Source: Balanoglossus misakiensis (Eukaryota > Animalia > Hemichordata). From it: a stretch of DNA of 64,000 nt. Shown here piece by piece: positions 52,194 to 64,000 of the stretch. The stretch lies in assembly GCA_040954595.2 (NCBI GenBank), contig CM082595.2:8600317-8664316 (forward strand). The letters run 5' to 3'. Both the position numbers and the translations under genes were made by a program. How positions within the stretch are numbered: position 1 is the stretch's first letter; each line of letters opens with the position of its first letter. The notes under the pieces are model-generated. The model worked only from the letters and a program-made list of their open reading frames with translations. It was not told where the DNA came from and searched no databases.

Positions 52194-53723
52194 CACTACA
52201 GACTGAATGTCCTGTTCTACCTGGCGCGCCTGCTCCTGAACGCAGCAAGCCAGGTGGCTCGCCCTGCTCGCCAGGCCCGGTGAGCGTGCTTGCTGAGCGC
52301 GCCAGGCTTGAATCCTGAATATTCATGAGCTACCTGGCTTGCATGGCCAGCCGGGTCACAGGAAGCGCGCTTGTTTACCTGGCGCGCTAGGCTTGCTCCT
52401 TGTCTATGGGCTTCATTATGTGTGGGGAACGCGTAGACCCACGCTACCCGAAACCACAAGCTCAGTCCCAAATTCGAAAGCAAGCATGCACGCAAAAAGT
52501 ATTGAAATTATTTATTAAGACAAAAAACCATCGAAAACACCTTAACTATTTAGATTTAAAAATCACCAAGCGACTAGTGGGCTAGTCTACTGGCGCACCG
52601 GTTGCTTACCAGCAAGGAAGCCGGTCGGTTTGAACCCCAAACACGTTTGATTGATCCATAGGGTCTATGATTGATCCCATGGCATTTCTGGTTTTTCTAG
52701 TCTAGTTGCGCAACCTCCAATTCAGATAAAGAATGCTAGTGGTTCAAAACACTATGTACATGTAGTCATTTATGTTCATTTGTAACCTGTGTTTTATGTT
52801 ACCACAGATGCATACATGTAAAGCATACACGTACAAACTACAGATCAATTGCAGCAACTTAAAAATGACGAATATCGTAGCACTTCCTGTTTCTTGCTAA
52901 CAGGGGATTAGCCCTCAGAATCTGTGTGCGTCCACACACTAAACGGACATTGTTTTGAGATCAACGCCGTCTAAATGGCAATGTTTAGGAACACGGCAAC
53001 TAACAAAAATTGAGGACGTCGAGGACATGTAATTGCAACATATCTCAGTTTCTATACCTGGATATGCGTTCTGGATGACTTTGTCGTCTTCTTCATGACC
53101 GTTTTGATATCGTTTAGAAGTACTGGATGTTAATCCACAAATCGAAAACGCCTCGTCTTTTCGGCGATCGAAAGCACCTAAAGTTGGTGGCAGACCCGGC
53201 TAACTGCGAGTGGCTAGAAAACCACTCGCGTCCAGTGTTATTGACTCAACAATGGAAACTGACCCAAGACAATAGGTTACCTAGATAAACATAATCAAAA
53301 GTCACGACAGGGTTGTGCTTTGCGTTCTCACTGTATATTTGCTTCGGTCTGGATCTGAACCACCCGTCATCGCTGTCGAAAATTAACACCGGCGCAGCAC
53401 AGGCGAAAAGCATTCTCCGTCGGAGTCGTATCTGGATCGTTGCTACACCGGTACTACACCGTTGAAAACGTTAATCAATGTACAACTCTCCTTCTCAACA
53501 TAAGTTTTATTTCAGACTAGGCATTCAGGGAGGGGCGTTTAATTCACTACGAACAAAATGTGTCCGTTGTCAGTGTTAGTTTTCTTTATTAAGCATTTAA
53601 AACACAATTACACTACATTAGTTGTACAAATGCAAGGGAACATTTCCTTTCTGAACGAGAGAATGACAATCCGACAAACATGCTGATAAAGCCCCCCCCC
53701 CCCCCAAAAAAAAAAAAAAAACA

Positions 53724-54581
53724 TCAACGGCGGAGAGCTTTATCGATTGCCTTGATGCACTGTTTTGACCACACGTCGCGCTCGGCGGATCGCGGGAAAT
53801 CGTGGGATTATATTACCATGGCCTGTGCGTCGCATTTTAATTGGTCGAGATGAACGACGTCACTGACCACAAATACTCAGTAATGGTTTGTTTACATCCC
53901 CGTAAATCTGAATAGTAATATTAGCAAACAGTTAAGTGAATACAAAATTTTGCGTAACACAAGTTCCGGGGCCCCTAGTGGGACATTTCGTAAATTTTGA
54001 CGGTTTTCTTGATTTTGTTGGTAATATAATGGAAATAACCGGCTCCGCCCTGACCATAAACGTTTGTTTATGGGCGCGGGCTCGAGGAAAAGCCTCGCCC
54101 ATGAATTTTTGGCTTTCGCCTCGCCCTTGCCCATAAACCATCGTTAATGGTCAGGGCGGAGTCCATTATTTCTAAAATATTTTCGGAAAGTTGCTCCTTC
54201 AACTTTCTTAAGCCTTCTGGGACTTAACTTCAATTTCTGTTTGGTACCCCCAAACACAAGCCCTGTGCAATTACGTCCGGCGCGTTCACTCGGCGAATAA
54301 ACCATAAACACAAGGTTCTTGGCAAAGTTGCCTATAGAGTAACGTACGACCTTACACCGGTCTATATATGATTCTGGTATGAGAACATCCCCGGTGATAG
54401 GAGGGAACCATAGTGGAGGCGGAGTAGTCTCAATCATCCCCGTTGTCTGCGGAGACGTGAGAATCGGCTGTACTGCCGGCTGTAGTGTAGTTTGGAACGG
54501 TGGTGTAATATCAGCGGCTGGGCGTGGTGGGAGTGGTGTTGGTGACAAGGTGGGCGCTGGTGGAATCGGCGGGGGGCACGT
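53724..54581 (-). pseudogene. BEN-domain protein gene, last coding segment, interrupted by a 369-bp insertion
   Basis: A Pro/Thr-rich linker leads to SIGNFAKNLVFMVYSPSERAGRNCTG...KLKLSPRRLKKVEGATFRKY (to 54177). Past the insertion, 53807-53724 reads SHDFPRSAERDVWSKQCIKAIDKALRR*, matching the BEN C-terminal W-x-C-x-x-A-I-D helix pattern. The domain was recognised by eye and the 5' exons are unresolved. Confidence 0.75.
53808..54176. mobile_element. Second mini-element with internal complementary region and terminal hairpin (Crypton/tyrosine-recombinase-like)
   Basis: The left end attatattacca and the right end ggtcagggcggagtccattatttc are both complementary to internal tggtaatataatggaaataaccggctccgccctgacc (~54019-54055). 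An imperfect hairpin spans ~54032-54172. Removing the element rejoins the two BEN halves. Confidence 0.78.
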
Positions 54582-55862
54582 TCATAGTGCCTGATCGAAT
54601 GAATTGAACGATCGTTACACACATTATTGTCGCGGTGAACGAACGCGCGTATACGTGTTGTCGATCACAGACAACAGTGTGGTCGATACTCTGACTGATT
54701 TGTCGTAGTTTCTCTGTTTGGGAAATGGATGAAGTCACATTATTGTGCTTTGTAAGACGCAAATTACAATACTAGTATGTATCTAATATTTGAGTCATAG
54801 ATTGTTCTTGTTTTCATGAGCCTGACACTCAGAACTATGACCCTAGGATCCTAGTGACCGGCGCATCAAATTGTATTTTTAAAACAAATCACAGACAAAA
54901 ATGTACTGACTTCAGAAGTTTTTGTTCATTGAGTTCACACATTTTTTATTTTGAAGTACTGGCGAACAAAAAGGTGATAACAACCTGAAGAACGTGGCTG
55001 GCCGAGCATAAACATGTAACACCCGTGGACGCTGGGAGATACAGTACAGAGAAAGCGGGTAGATTTTTACTCTGAAACAAAGATAAGCTTTAATAGATGC
55101 AGGGTATCACTATTTCCTAAATTTACATCACGACCGCGCAACGTAACTGCGGTCCGTTGCATGTAAGTGTGCGGGCATCTACACCAAAAACAGCGACACG
55201 GTGCCGTTACAATTATTCCAGCTAAATATAAACACAAGAAAACACGAATCGCGATCTGTGGATTCCCTGGATATGATTTTGAATCTGCAATAGACTCTAT
55301 AGTTTTGGAGATCATGTTGAGGAGAAAAACTTGATCGCACAAATTAGTGAAAAATACATTTATGGGGTAGCCGGTACGATCCTACTGACCAAAGGCTACC
55401 TCCCGGGGCCCACCCCATTCACACCTGTGATTTACTAATGTGCAGGCAGGTCATCAGTAGGCTTTCTTTTTCCTGTTATGCAGATTATTCTTCATTGTTG
55501 ATTTCATATGAGTATCAATGCGTATGACTGCTCGCAGTATACTCTCGGTCTTGATTGTTCTGACTTTTTCGTCCATAAATCTGACTACGTCCGCGACCCT
55601 TGTGGAGTGACCGTGATTCAACCAAGCGAAAATAGCTACCCATCACTCGAATTATTGCAGCTATGCTAGTTATAAACACAATCGCAATTTTGATCGTGAC
55701 ATAGGCCATATATACTTTTAAATTTAAAAGGAAAAAGGAAACTTTTACTTTTGATGCATTAATTTACGAGCAGTGATTTAAGTGTGAAAAATAAAAGTAC
55801 GTTCGAAGCCCTCGCTGTTTCTTCTGCCAGCGGTATAGCCTCAGCGGGTTTTCCCGCTCTGC

Positions 55863-55973
55863 ACTCGGATAGAAAGTAGAAATGTAAGGAAAATCCACAA
55901 TGTCTGACAGGTGACAGGTAGTAACTCGGATAGAAAGCAGAAATGTAAGGAAAATCCACAATGTCTGACAGGT
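55863..55973 (+). repeat. Two-copy direct repeat, period 61 bp
   Basis: actcggatagaaag(t/c)agaaatgtaaggaaaatccacaatgtctgacaggtg at 55863 and 55924. Confidence 0.9.
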
Positions 55974-56304
55974 GGTCAGTTTGTACAATGAGTAACTCTC
56001 ATGACGAATCCTTTATCTTCGAAAGAGACCACTTCAAATTGGGAGAAACAATTAGGTGTTAACGATAATGGCGTTGCTTTGTTGTTGTTTTCTGTGCTGA
56101 AAGGCATTTTTGTATTGGGGTAAAGAAAATTGTGTACAAATTATTACACGTCACATTTGTCGACTCCTGTATTTCAAAACACACGGTACCACAAACGAGA
56201 ACATGCACCGTCTCCCCTCACTGCCAGTCCCACTGACATCGCCCCTTTACTGAACTAGGCAACAATGAGTCAGGGGGGCCTAGAGCCAAGTTTAGTTGGG
56301 CCAT

Positions 56305-56419
56305 TACCGATAAGTACCGAAACGACTGGGGTGTCGGGGCCGAACAGACCGGGGTCGTGAAAATTGGGGACCGAAACGATTGGGATCGAAAATCTTTTGG
56401 GCCGAAACGACCTGTTACC
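56305..56419. mobile_element. Probable single end of a MITE with ccgaaacga subterminal repeats
   Basis: Five ccgaaacga(c/t)-like motifs end in gggccgaaacgacctgttacc. The matching opposite end was not found. Confidence 0.45.
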
Positions 56420-57907
56420 GTATTGACAAACCGATAATCCTCGCAAAGTTCGGTCGTATTTAAAGTACAAAGGATCCTTTCCTTTTTGTTGTTGTTGCTC
56501 GATGGATCATTATTCAGAAGGTCTATTTGAACATGCACGTCTCTATGGCTTCTCAGTGTACATGTATATATAGACTGTGCCGTGTCGATGGTTTCTGGTC
56601 ATTTGTTTGTGTGGCAACGAGTTTCAATAAGTTATATTTGCATATCGAGAGAGTGTGTTCTGCATTAAAGTTTCCGCCCCAAGCACTAGATTACTGAATA
56701 AGTTCAGAGCTGATTCTCGACTTTAGTAGTTCCGACATCGATGCATTTTCCCGTTTTGCTGTTTATTTGTACTTGAGGACATTTTTATTCTACTCTGATG
56801 TGACTTGTCCCTATTATTTTTCGCATGTTCTAAAATAAAAAGAAATGTTACTTCACAATAGTGTCATACATGTATGTGTGCACCTGTATCTAACTCACTG
56901 ACGGTGAGTTTAAGATCTACTTAAACTGGCATTGAATATGGCTGGAGTCTATGCAATAGTTTGACAGAATGAGCACAAGCTAGACATTTCATAGTTATTC
57001 AGGAGTGCTTGTTTGATGCGGATTGTATGTTGTTACATGGAGGTGGGACGGAAAGGAACTACACCTGCTACTCTTGTTTTTGAGGCAAGTCTGTGATTCC
57101 ACTTGTTTACCGAGTAAACAAGACTGTTTATTGGCAAGGCTACTCGCATGTGGCTGACAACAAAAGGAAATCAATAAAATAAAAGTTTGATACACGAAGA
57201 ATGCAATCAGAACACAATATTCATTCTATTGTTTTGAGAATATCCATCTAATTTATCAGGCGATGAAACAGGTAGAGAGTCCCTGCGTTAGACCATAGCT
57301 ACGCGCGATTGTACAATCATGTATTAAAACCAACATGGCGTCGATCGACGACATCACATCACGAAGAGAGATCGAGTCACAGTCCGATCGAGTAATGGAG
57401 GTAGAACCCCAGGCAAACGCGAACGATCTTACATGTTTGCTAACTTTGATGATTAGGTTGCAATGATCAATCTAGGCCCGATCAAGAAGACTGAGCTAGA
57501 ATTTGTCGTGGTAAACCATGACACATTGATTACATCTCGGACACATGCAGACCATCTCTTTTTACGTCCATGTGCAGACACACACAAAACGTCTAATTTA
57601 TTCCGACGGGTGACATGCTAGCCCAATTCTTAACTCCAGAATTCTCAAACATGCCTTCTTCTCATTCTAAGACTGACAGGCTTCTCATGTGTTCATTCGG
57701 GCCCGCCAAACACAGCAAGCGCAGCGGGCCCATGGGCTAGCTGGGCCCGGTGGGCCCGAATGCGGGCCCACCAAACACATTTAATTAGCAAGCCCTGCGG
57801 GCCCATGGGCCTGCTGGGCCCGGAGGGACCGAGCCCCCTGGCGCGCGCAGCAAGCCACTGAGCGCGCCAGGCAAGCGCGCCATGTGCAGGACATTCAGTC
57901 TGTAGTG

Positions 57908-60900
57908 TACGTGTCGAAAAGCACTGTACTTTGACATTGCTAATGCAATGATGACATTGAATCTGATTCTTTGCATCAGGGTAAATGGCGAAGCAAGGTT
58001 GATTATGCATCAGGGTAGATAGTGATGCAAGCCCTTCACTTTGACATGTGTATAAAATGCCTACAGGGGGATTTAAAGTTGTCTGTAAATCCCTGGGTTA
58101 ATACGTGTCCAAAAGCACTGTACTTTGACATTGCTAATGCAACGATGACATTGAATCTGATTCTTTGCATCAGGGTAAATGGCGAAGCAAGGTTGATTAT
58201 GCATCAGGGTAGATAGTAATGCAAGCTCTGCACTTTGACATGGGTATAAAATGCCTACAGGGGGATTTAAAGTTGTCTGTAAATCCCTGGGTTAATATGT
58301 GGCGGAAAGCACTGTACTTTGACATTGCATATGCAATGGTGACATTGAATGGGATTCTTTGCATTAGGGCAAATGGCGAAGCAAGCTCAATTATGCATCA
58401 GAGTAGATGGTGATGCAAACTCTGCACTTTCACATGGGTATTTAATGTTAAATGTAAATCCATAGGTTAATACGTGGCCAAAAGCACTCTAATTTGACAT
58501 TGCTAATGGAACGATGACATTGAATCTGATTCTTTGCATCATGGCAAATGGCGAAGCAAGGTTTATGATGCATCAGAGTAGATAGTGATGCAATCACTTC
58601 ACTTTGACATTGGTATTAAATGCATATGGGGATTTCAAGTTGATGATAAATCCCTGGGTTAATACGTGTCCAAAAGCACTATAGTTTGACATTGCTAATG
58701 CAACGATGACATTGAATCTGATTCTTTGCATCAGGGTATATGGCGTAGCAAGCTTTATGATGCATCAGGGTAGATAGTAATGCAAACACTTCACTTTGAC
58801 ATGGGTATTAAATGCATATGAGGATTTCAGGTTGTTGAAAAATCTGTGGGTTAATACGTGTCCAAAAGCACTGTACTTTGACATTGCTAATGTAACGATG
58901 ACATTGAATCTGATTCTTTGCATCAGGGTAAATGGCGTAGCAAGCTTTATGATGCATCAGGGTAGATAGTAATGCAAACACTTCACTTTGACATGGGTAT
59001 TAAATGCATATGGGGATTTCAGGTTGTTGAAAAATCTGTGGGTTAATACGTGTCGAAAAGCACTGTACTTTGACATTGCTAATGCAATGATGACATTGAA
59101 TCTGATTCTTTGCATCAGGGTAAATGGCGTAGAAAGCTTTATGATGCATCAGGGTAGATAGTAATGCAAACACTTCACTTTGACATGGGTATTAAATGCA
59201 TATGGGGATTTCAGGTTGTTGAAAAATCTGTGGGTTAATACGTGTCGAAAAGCACTGTACTTTGACATTGCTAATGCAACGATGACATTGAATCTGATTC
59301 TTTGCATCAGGGTAAATGGCGTAGAAAGCTTTATGATGCATCAGGGTAGATAGTGATGCAATCACTTCACTTTGACATTGGTATTAAATGCATATGGGGA
59401 TTTCAAGTTGATGATAAATCCCTGGGTTAATACGTGTCCAAAAGCACTGTACTTTGACATTGCTAATGCAACGATGACATTGAATCTGATTCTTTGCATC
59501 AGGGTAAATGGCGTAGCAAGCTTTATGATGCATCAGGGTAGATAGTAATGCAAACACTTCACTTTGACATGGGTATTAAATGCATATGGGGATTTCAGGT
59601 TGTTGAAAAATCTGTGGGTTAATACGTGTCGAAAAGCACTGTACTTTGACATTGCTAATGCAATGATGACATTGAATCTGATTCTTTGCATCAGGGTAAA
59701 TGGCGTAGCAAGCTTTATGATGCATCAGGGTAGATAGTGAAGCAAACACTTCACTTTGACATGGGTATAAAATGCCTACAGGGGGATTTAAAGTTGTCTG
59801 TAAATCCCTGGGTTAATACGTGTCCAAAAACACTGTACTTTGACATTGCTAATGCAGCGATGACATTGAATCTGATTCTTTGCATCAGGGTAAATGGCGA
59901 AGCAAGGTTGATGATGCATCAGGGTAGATAGTGATGCAAGCTCTGCACTTTGACATGGGTATAAAATGCCTACAGGGGGATTTAAAGTTGTCTGTAAATC
60001 CCTGGGTTAATACGTGGCGGAAAGCACTGTACTTTGACATTGCTAATGTAACGATGACATTGAATCGGATTCTTTGCATCAGGGTAAATGGCGTAGCAAG
60101 CTTTATGATGCATCAGGGTAGATAGTGATGCAAACACTTCACTTTGACATGGGTATTAAATGCATATGGGGATTTCAGGTTGTTGAAAAATCTGTGGGTT
60201 AATACGTGTCGAAAAGCACTGTACTTTGACATTGCTAATGCAATGATGACATTGAATCTGATTCTTTGCATCAGGGTAAATGGCGAAGCAAGGTTGATTA
60301 TGCATCAGGATAGATAGTGATGCAAGCCCTTCACTTTGACATGTGTATAAAATGCCTACAGGGGGATTTAAAGTTGTCTGTAAATCCCTGGGTTAATACG
60401 TGTCCAAAAGCACTGTACTTTGACATTGCTAATGCAACGATGACATTGAATCTGATTCTTTGCATCAGGGTAAATGGCGAAGCAAGGTTGATTATGCATC
60501 AGGGTAGATAGTGATGCAAGCTCTGCACTTTGACATGTGTATAAAATGCCTACAGGGGGATTTAAAGTTGTCTGTAAATCCCTGGGTTAATATGTGGCGG
60601 AAAGCACTGTACTTTGACATTGCATATGCAATGGTGACATTGAATGGGATTCTTTGCATTAGGGCAAATGGCGAAGCAAGCTCAATTATGCATCAGAGTA
60701 GATGGTGATGCAAACTCTGCACTTTCACATGGGTATTTAATGTTAAATGTAAATCCATAGGTTAATACGTGGCCAAAAGCACTCTAATTTGACATTGCTA
60801 ATGGAACGATGACATTGAATCTGATTCTTTGCATCATGGCAAATGGCGAAGCAAGGTTTATGATGCATCAGAGTAGATAGTGATGCAATCACTTCACTTT

Positions 60901-63900
60901 GACATTGGTATTAAATGCATATGGGGATTTCAAGTTGATGATAAATCCCTGGGTTAATACGTGTCCAAACGCACTATAATTTGACATTGCTAATGCAACG
61001 ATGACATTGAATCTGATTCTTTGCATCAGGGTATATGGCGTAGCAAGCTTTATGATGCATCAGGGTAGATAGTAATGCAAACACTTCACTTTGACATGGG
61101 TATTAAATGCATATGAGGATTTCAGGTTGTTGAAAAATCTGTGGGTTAATACGTGTCCAAAAGCACTGTACTTTGACATTGCTAATGCAACGATGACATT
61201 GATTATGATTCTTTGCATCAGGGTAAATGGCGTAGAAAGCTTTATGATGCATCAGGGTAGATAGTAATGCAAACACTTCACTTTGACATGGGTATTAAAT
61301 GCATATGGGGATTTCAGGTTGTTGAAAAATCTGTGGGTTAATACGTGTCCAAAAGCACTGTACTTTGACATTGCTAATGCAACGATGACATTGAATCTGA
61401 TTCTTTGCATCAGGGTAAATGGCGTAGCAAGCTTTATGATGCATCAGGGTAGATAGAAATGCAAACACTTCACTTTGACATGGGTATTAAATGCATATGG
61501 GGATTTCAGGTTGTTGAAAAATCTGTGGGTTAATACGTGTCGAAAAGCACTGTACTTTGACATTGCTAATGCAATGATGACATTGAATCTGATTCTTTGC
61601 ATCAGGGTAAATGGCATAGCAAGCTTTATGATGCATCAGGGTAGATAGTGATGCAAACACTTCACTTTGACATGGGTATAAAATGCCTACAGGGGGATTT
61701 AAAGTTGTCTGTAAATCCCTGGGTTAATACGTGTCCAAAAACACTGTACTTTGACATTGCTAATGCAGCGATGACATTGAATCTGATTCTTTGCATCAGG
61801 GTAAATGGCGAAGCAAGGTTGATGATGCATCAGGGTAGATAGTGATGCAAGCTCTGCACTTTGACATGGGTATAAAATGCCTACAGGGGGATTTAAAGTT
61901 GTCTGTAAATCCCTGGGTTAATACGTGGCGGAAAGCACTATACTTTGACATTGCTAATGTAACGATGACATTGAATCGGATTCTTTGCATCAGGGTAAAT
62001 GGCGTAGCAAGCTTTATGATGCATCAGGGTAGATAGTGATGCAAACACTTCACTTTGACATGGGTATTAAATGCATATGGGGATTTCAGGTTGTTGAAAA
62101 ATCTGTGGGTTAATACGTGTCGAAAAGCACTGTACTTTGACATTGCTAATGCAATGATGACATTGAATCTGATTCTTTGCATCAGGGTAAATGGCGAAGC
62201 AAGGTTGATTATGCATCAGGATAGATAGTGATGCAAGCCCTTCACTTTGACATGTGTATAAAATGCCTACAGGGGGATTTAAAGTTGTCTGTAAATCCCT
62301 GGGTTAATACGTGGCGGAAAGCACTGTACTTTGACATTGCTAATGTAACGATGACATTGAATCGGATTCTTTGCATCAGGGTAAATGGCGTAGCAAGCTT
62401 TATGATGCATCAGGGTAGATAGTGATGCAAACACTTCACTTTGACATTGGTATTAAATGCATATGGGGATTTCAAGTTGATGATAAATCCCTGGGTTAAT
62501 ACGTGTCCAAACGCACTATAATTTGACATTGCTAATGCAACGATGACATTGAATCTGATTCTTTGCATCAGGGTATATGGCGTAGCAAGCTTTATGATGC
62601 ATCAGGGTAGATAGTAATGCAAACACTTCACTTTGACATGGGTATTAAATGCATATGAGGATTTCAGGTTGTTGAAAAATCTGTGGGTTAATACGTGTCC
62701 AAAAGCACTGTACTTTGACATTGCTAATGCAACGATGACATTGATTATGATTCTTTGCATCAGGGTAAATGGCGTAGAAAGCTTTATGATGCATCAGGGT
62801 AGATAGTAATGCAAACACTTCACTTTGACATGGGTATTAAATGCATATGGGGATTTCAGGTTGTTGAAAAATCTGTGGGTTAATACGTGTCCAAAAGCAC
62901 TGTACTTTGACATTGCTAATGCAACGATGACATTGAATCTGATTCTTTGCATCAGGGTAAATGGCGTAGCAAGCTTTATGATGCATCAGGGTAGATAGTA
63001 ATGCAAACACTTCACTTTGACATGGGTATTAAATGCATATGGGGATTTCAGGTTGTTGAAAAATCTGTGGGTTAATACGTGTCAAAAAGCACTGTACTTT
63101 GACATTGCTAATGCAATGATGACATTGAATCTGATTCTTTGCATCAGGGTAAATGGCATAGCAAGCTTTATGATGCATCAGGGTAGATAGTGATGCAAAC
63201 ACTTCACTTTGACATGGGTATAAAATGCCTACAGGGGGATTTTAAGTTGTCTGTAAATCCCTGGGTTAATACGTGTCCAAAAACACTGTACTTTGACATT
63301 GCTAATGCAGCGATGACATTGAATCTGATTCTTTGCATCAGGGTAAATGGCGAAGCAAGGTTGATGATGCATCAGGGTAGATAGTGATGCAAGCTCTGCA
63401 CTTTGACATGGGTATAAAATGCCTACAGGGGGATTTAAAGTTGTCTGTAAATCCCTGGGTTAATATGTGGCGGAAAGCACTGTACTTTGACATTGCATAT
63501 GCAATGGTGACATTGAATGGGATTCTTTGCATTAGGGCAAATGGCGAAGCAAGCTCAATGATGCATCAGAGTAGATGGTGATGCAAACTCTGCACTTTCA
63601 CATGGGTATTTAATGTTAAATGTAAATCCATAGGTTAATACGTGGCCAAAAGCACTCTAATTTGACATTGCTAATGGAACGATGACATTGAATCTGATTC
63701 TCTGCATCAGGGCAAATGGCGAAGCAAGGTTGATGATGCATCAGGGTAGATAGTGATGCAATCACTTCACTTTGACATTGGTATTAAATGCATATGGGGA
63801 TTTCAAGTTGATGATAAATCCCTGGGTTAATACGTGTCCAAAAGCACTGTACTTTGACATTGCTAATGCAACGATGACATTGAATCTGATTCTTTGCATC

Positions 63901-64000
63901 AGGGTAAATGGCGTAGCAAGCTTTATGATGCATCAGGGTAGATAGTGATGCAAACACTTCACTTTGACATGGGTATTAAATGCATATGGGGATTTCAGGT
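57908..64000 (+). repeat. Satellite DNA array, segment 3 (runs off the window)
   Basis: The same monomers resume in register after the CACTA element. A 1911-bp duplication is visible (59737 vs 61648). Confidence 0.99.

Larger units (their letters stand above)
52194..57907. mobile_element. Non-autonomous CACTA/EnSpm DNA transposon, 5714 bp
   Basis: Perfect 21-bp TIRs CACTACAGACTGAATGTCCTG (52194-52214) and CAGGACATTCAGTCTGTAGTG (57887-57907), with a 2-bp TA duplication of the target gggttaaTAcgtgtcg. GC-rich subterminal repeats (cctggcgcgc, gggccc) are present. No transposase ORF was seen. Confidence 0.93.

Noticed and set aside
52578-52640. tRNA-like stretch (tagtctactgg...ggtttgaacccc)
   Set aside because: The boxes are degenerate and there is no convincing cloverleaf. 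At most it is an old SINE remnant.
55270-55370. Possible decayed C2H2 zinc finger upstream of the BEN segment (minus strand, PHKC...CDQVF)
   Set aside because: It needs two frameshifts and lacks the His ligands.
25034-63581. Dozens of 64-65 aa ORFs (MMQALHFDMGIKCLQG..., MQRIPFNVTIAYAM...)
   Set aside because: These are translations of satellite monomers. Most start at GTG, 194 and 175 are not multiples of 3, and the 192-bp monomers contain stops.
24534-64000. CRISPR array or hammerhead-ribozyme satellite
   Set aside because: There are no unique spacers and no cas genes. I found CTGATGC and TTGATGA but no CTGANGA...GAAA core with a supporting stem.

Overview
This is repeat-dominated eukaryotic DNA, probably from an invertebrate metazoan (inferred from the repeat types). 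I found no intact host gene. Positions 1-24.5 kb are a mosaic of Helentron/HINE-like repeats forming a head-to-tail array (~9.5-19.8 kb), with a ~1.33-kb exon-like block triplicated among them, a short L2-LINE tail, a 435-bp hairpin mini-element and a minisatellite. From ~24,534 to the window end is a satellite array of five monomer types (194/194/175/192/192 bp) arranged in variable higher-order repeats. Two young insertions interrupt it. One is a 2.2-kb internally deleted Ngaro-type tyrosine-recombinase retroelement with split direct repeats and no TSD. The other is a 5.7-kb non-autonomous CACTA/EnSpm element (21-bp TIRs, TA duplication) carrying a BEN-domain gene. That BEN gene is split by a 369-bp mini-element. 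This mini-element and the 435-bp one differ in sequence but share an architecture: an internal segment complementary to the joined ends, plus a long terminal hairpin. All coordinates were read by eye and may be off by a few bases.
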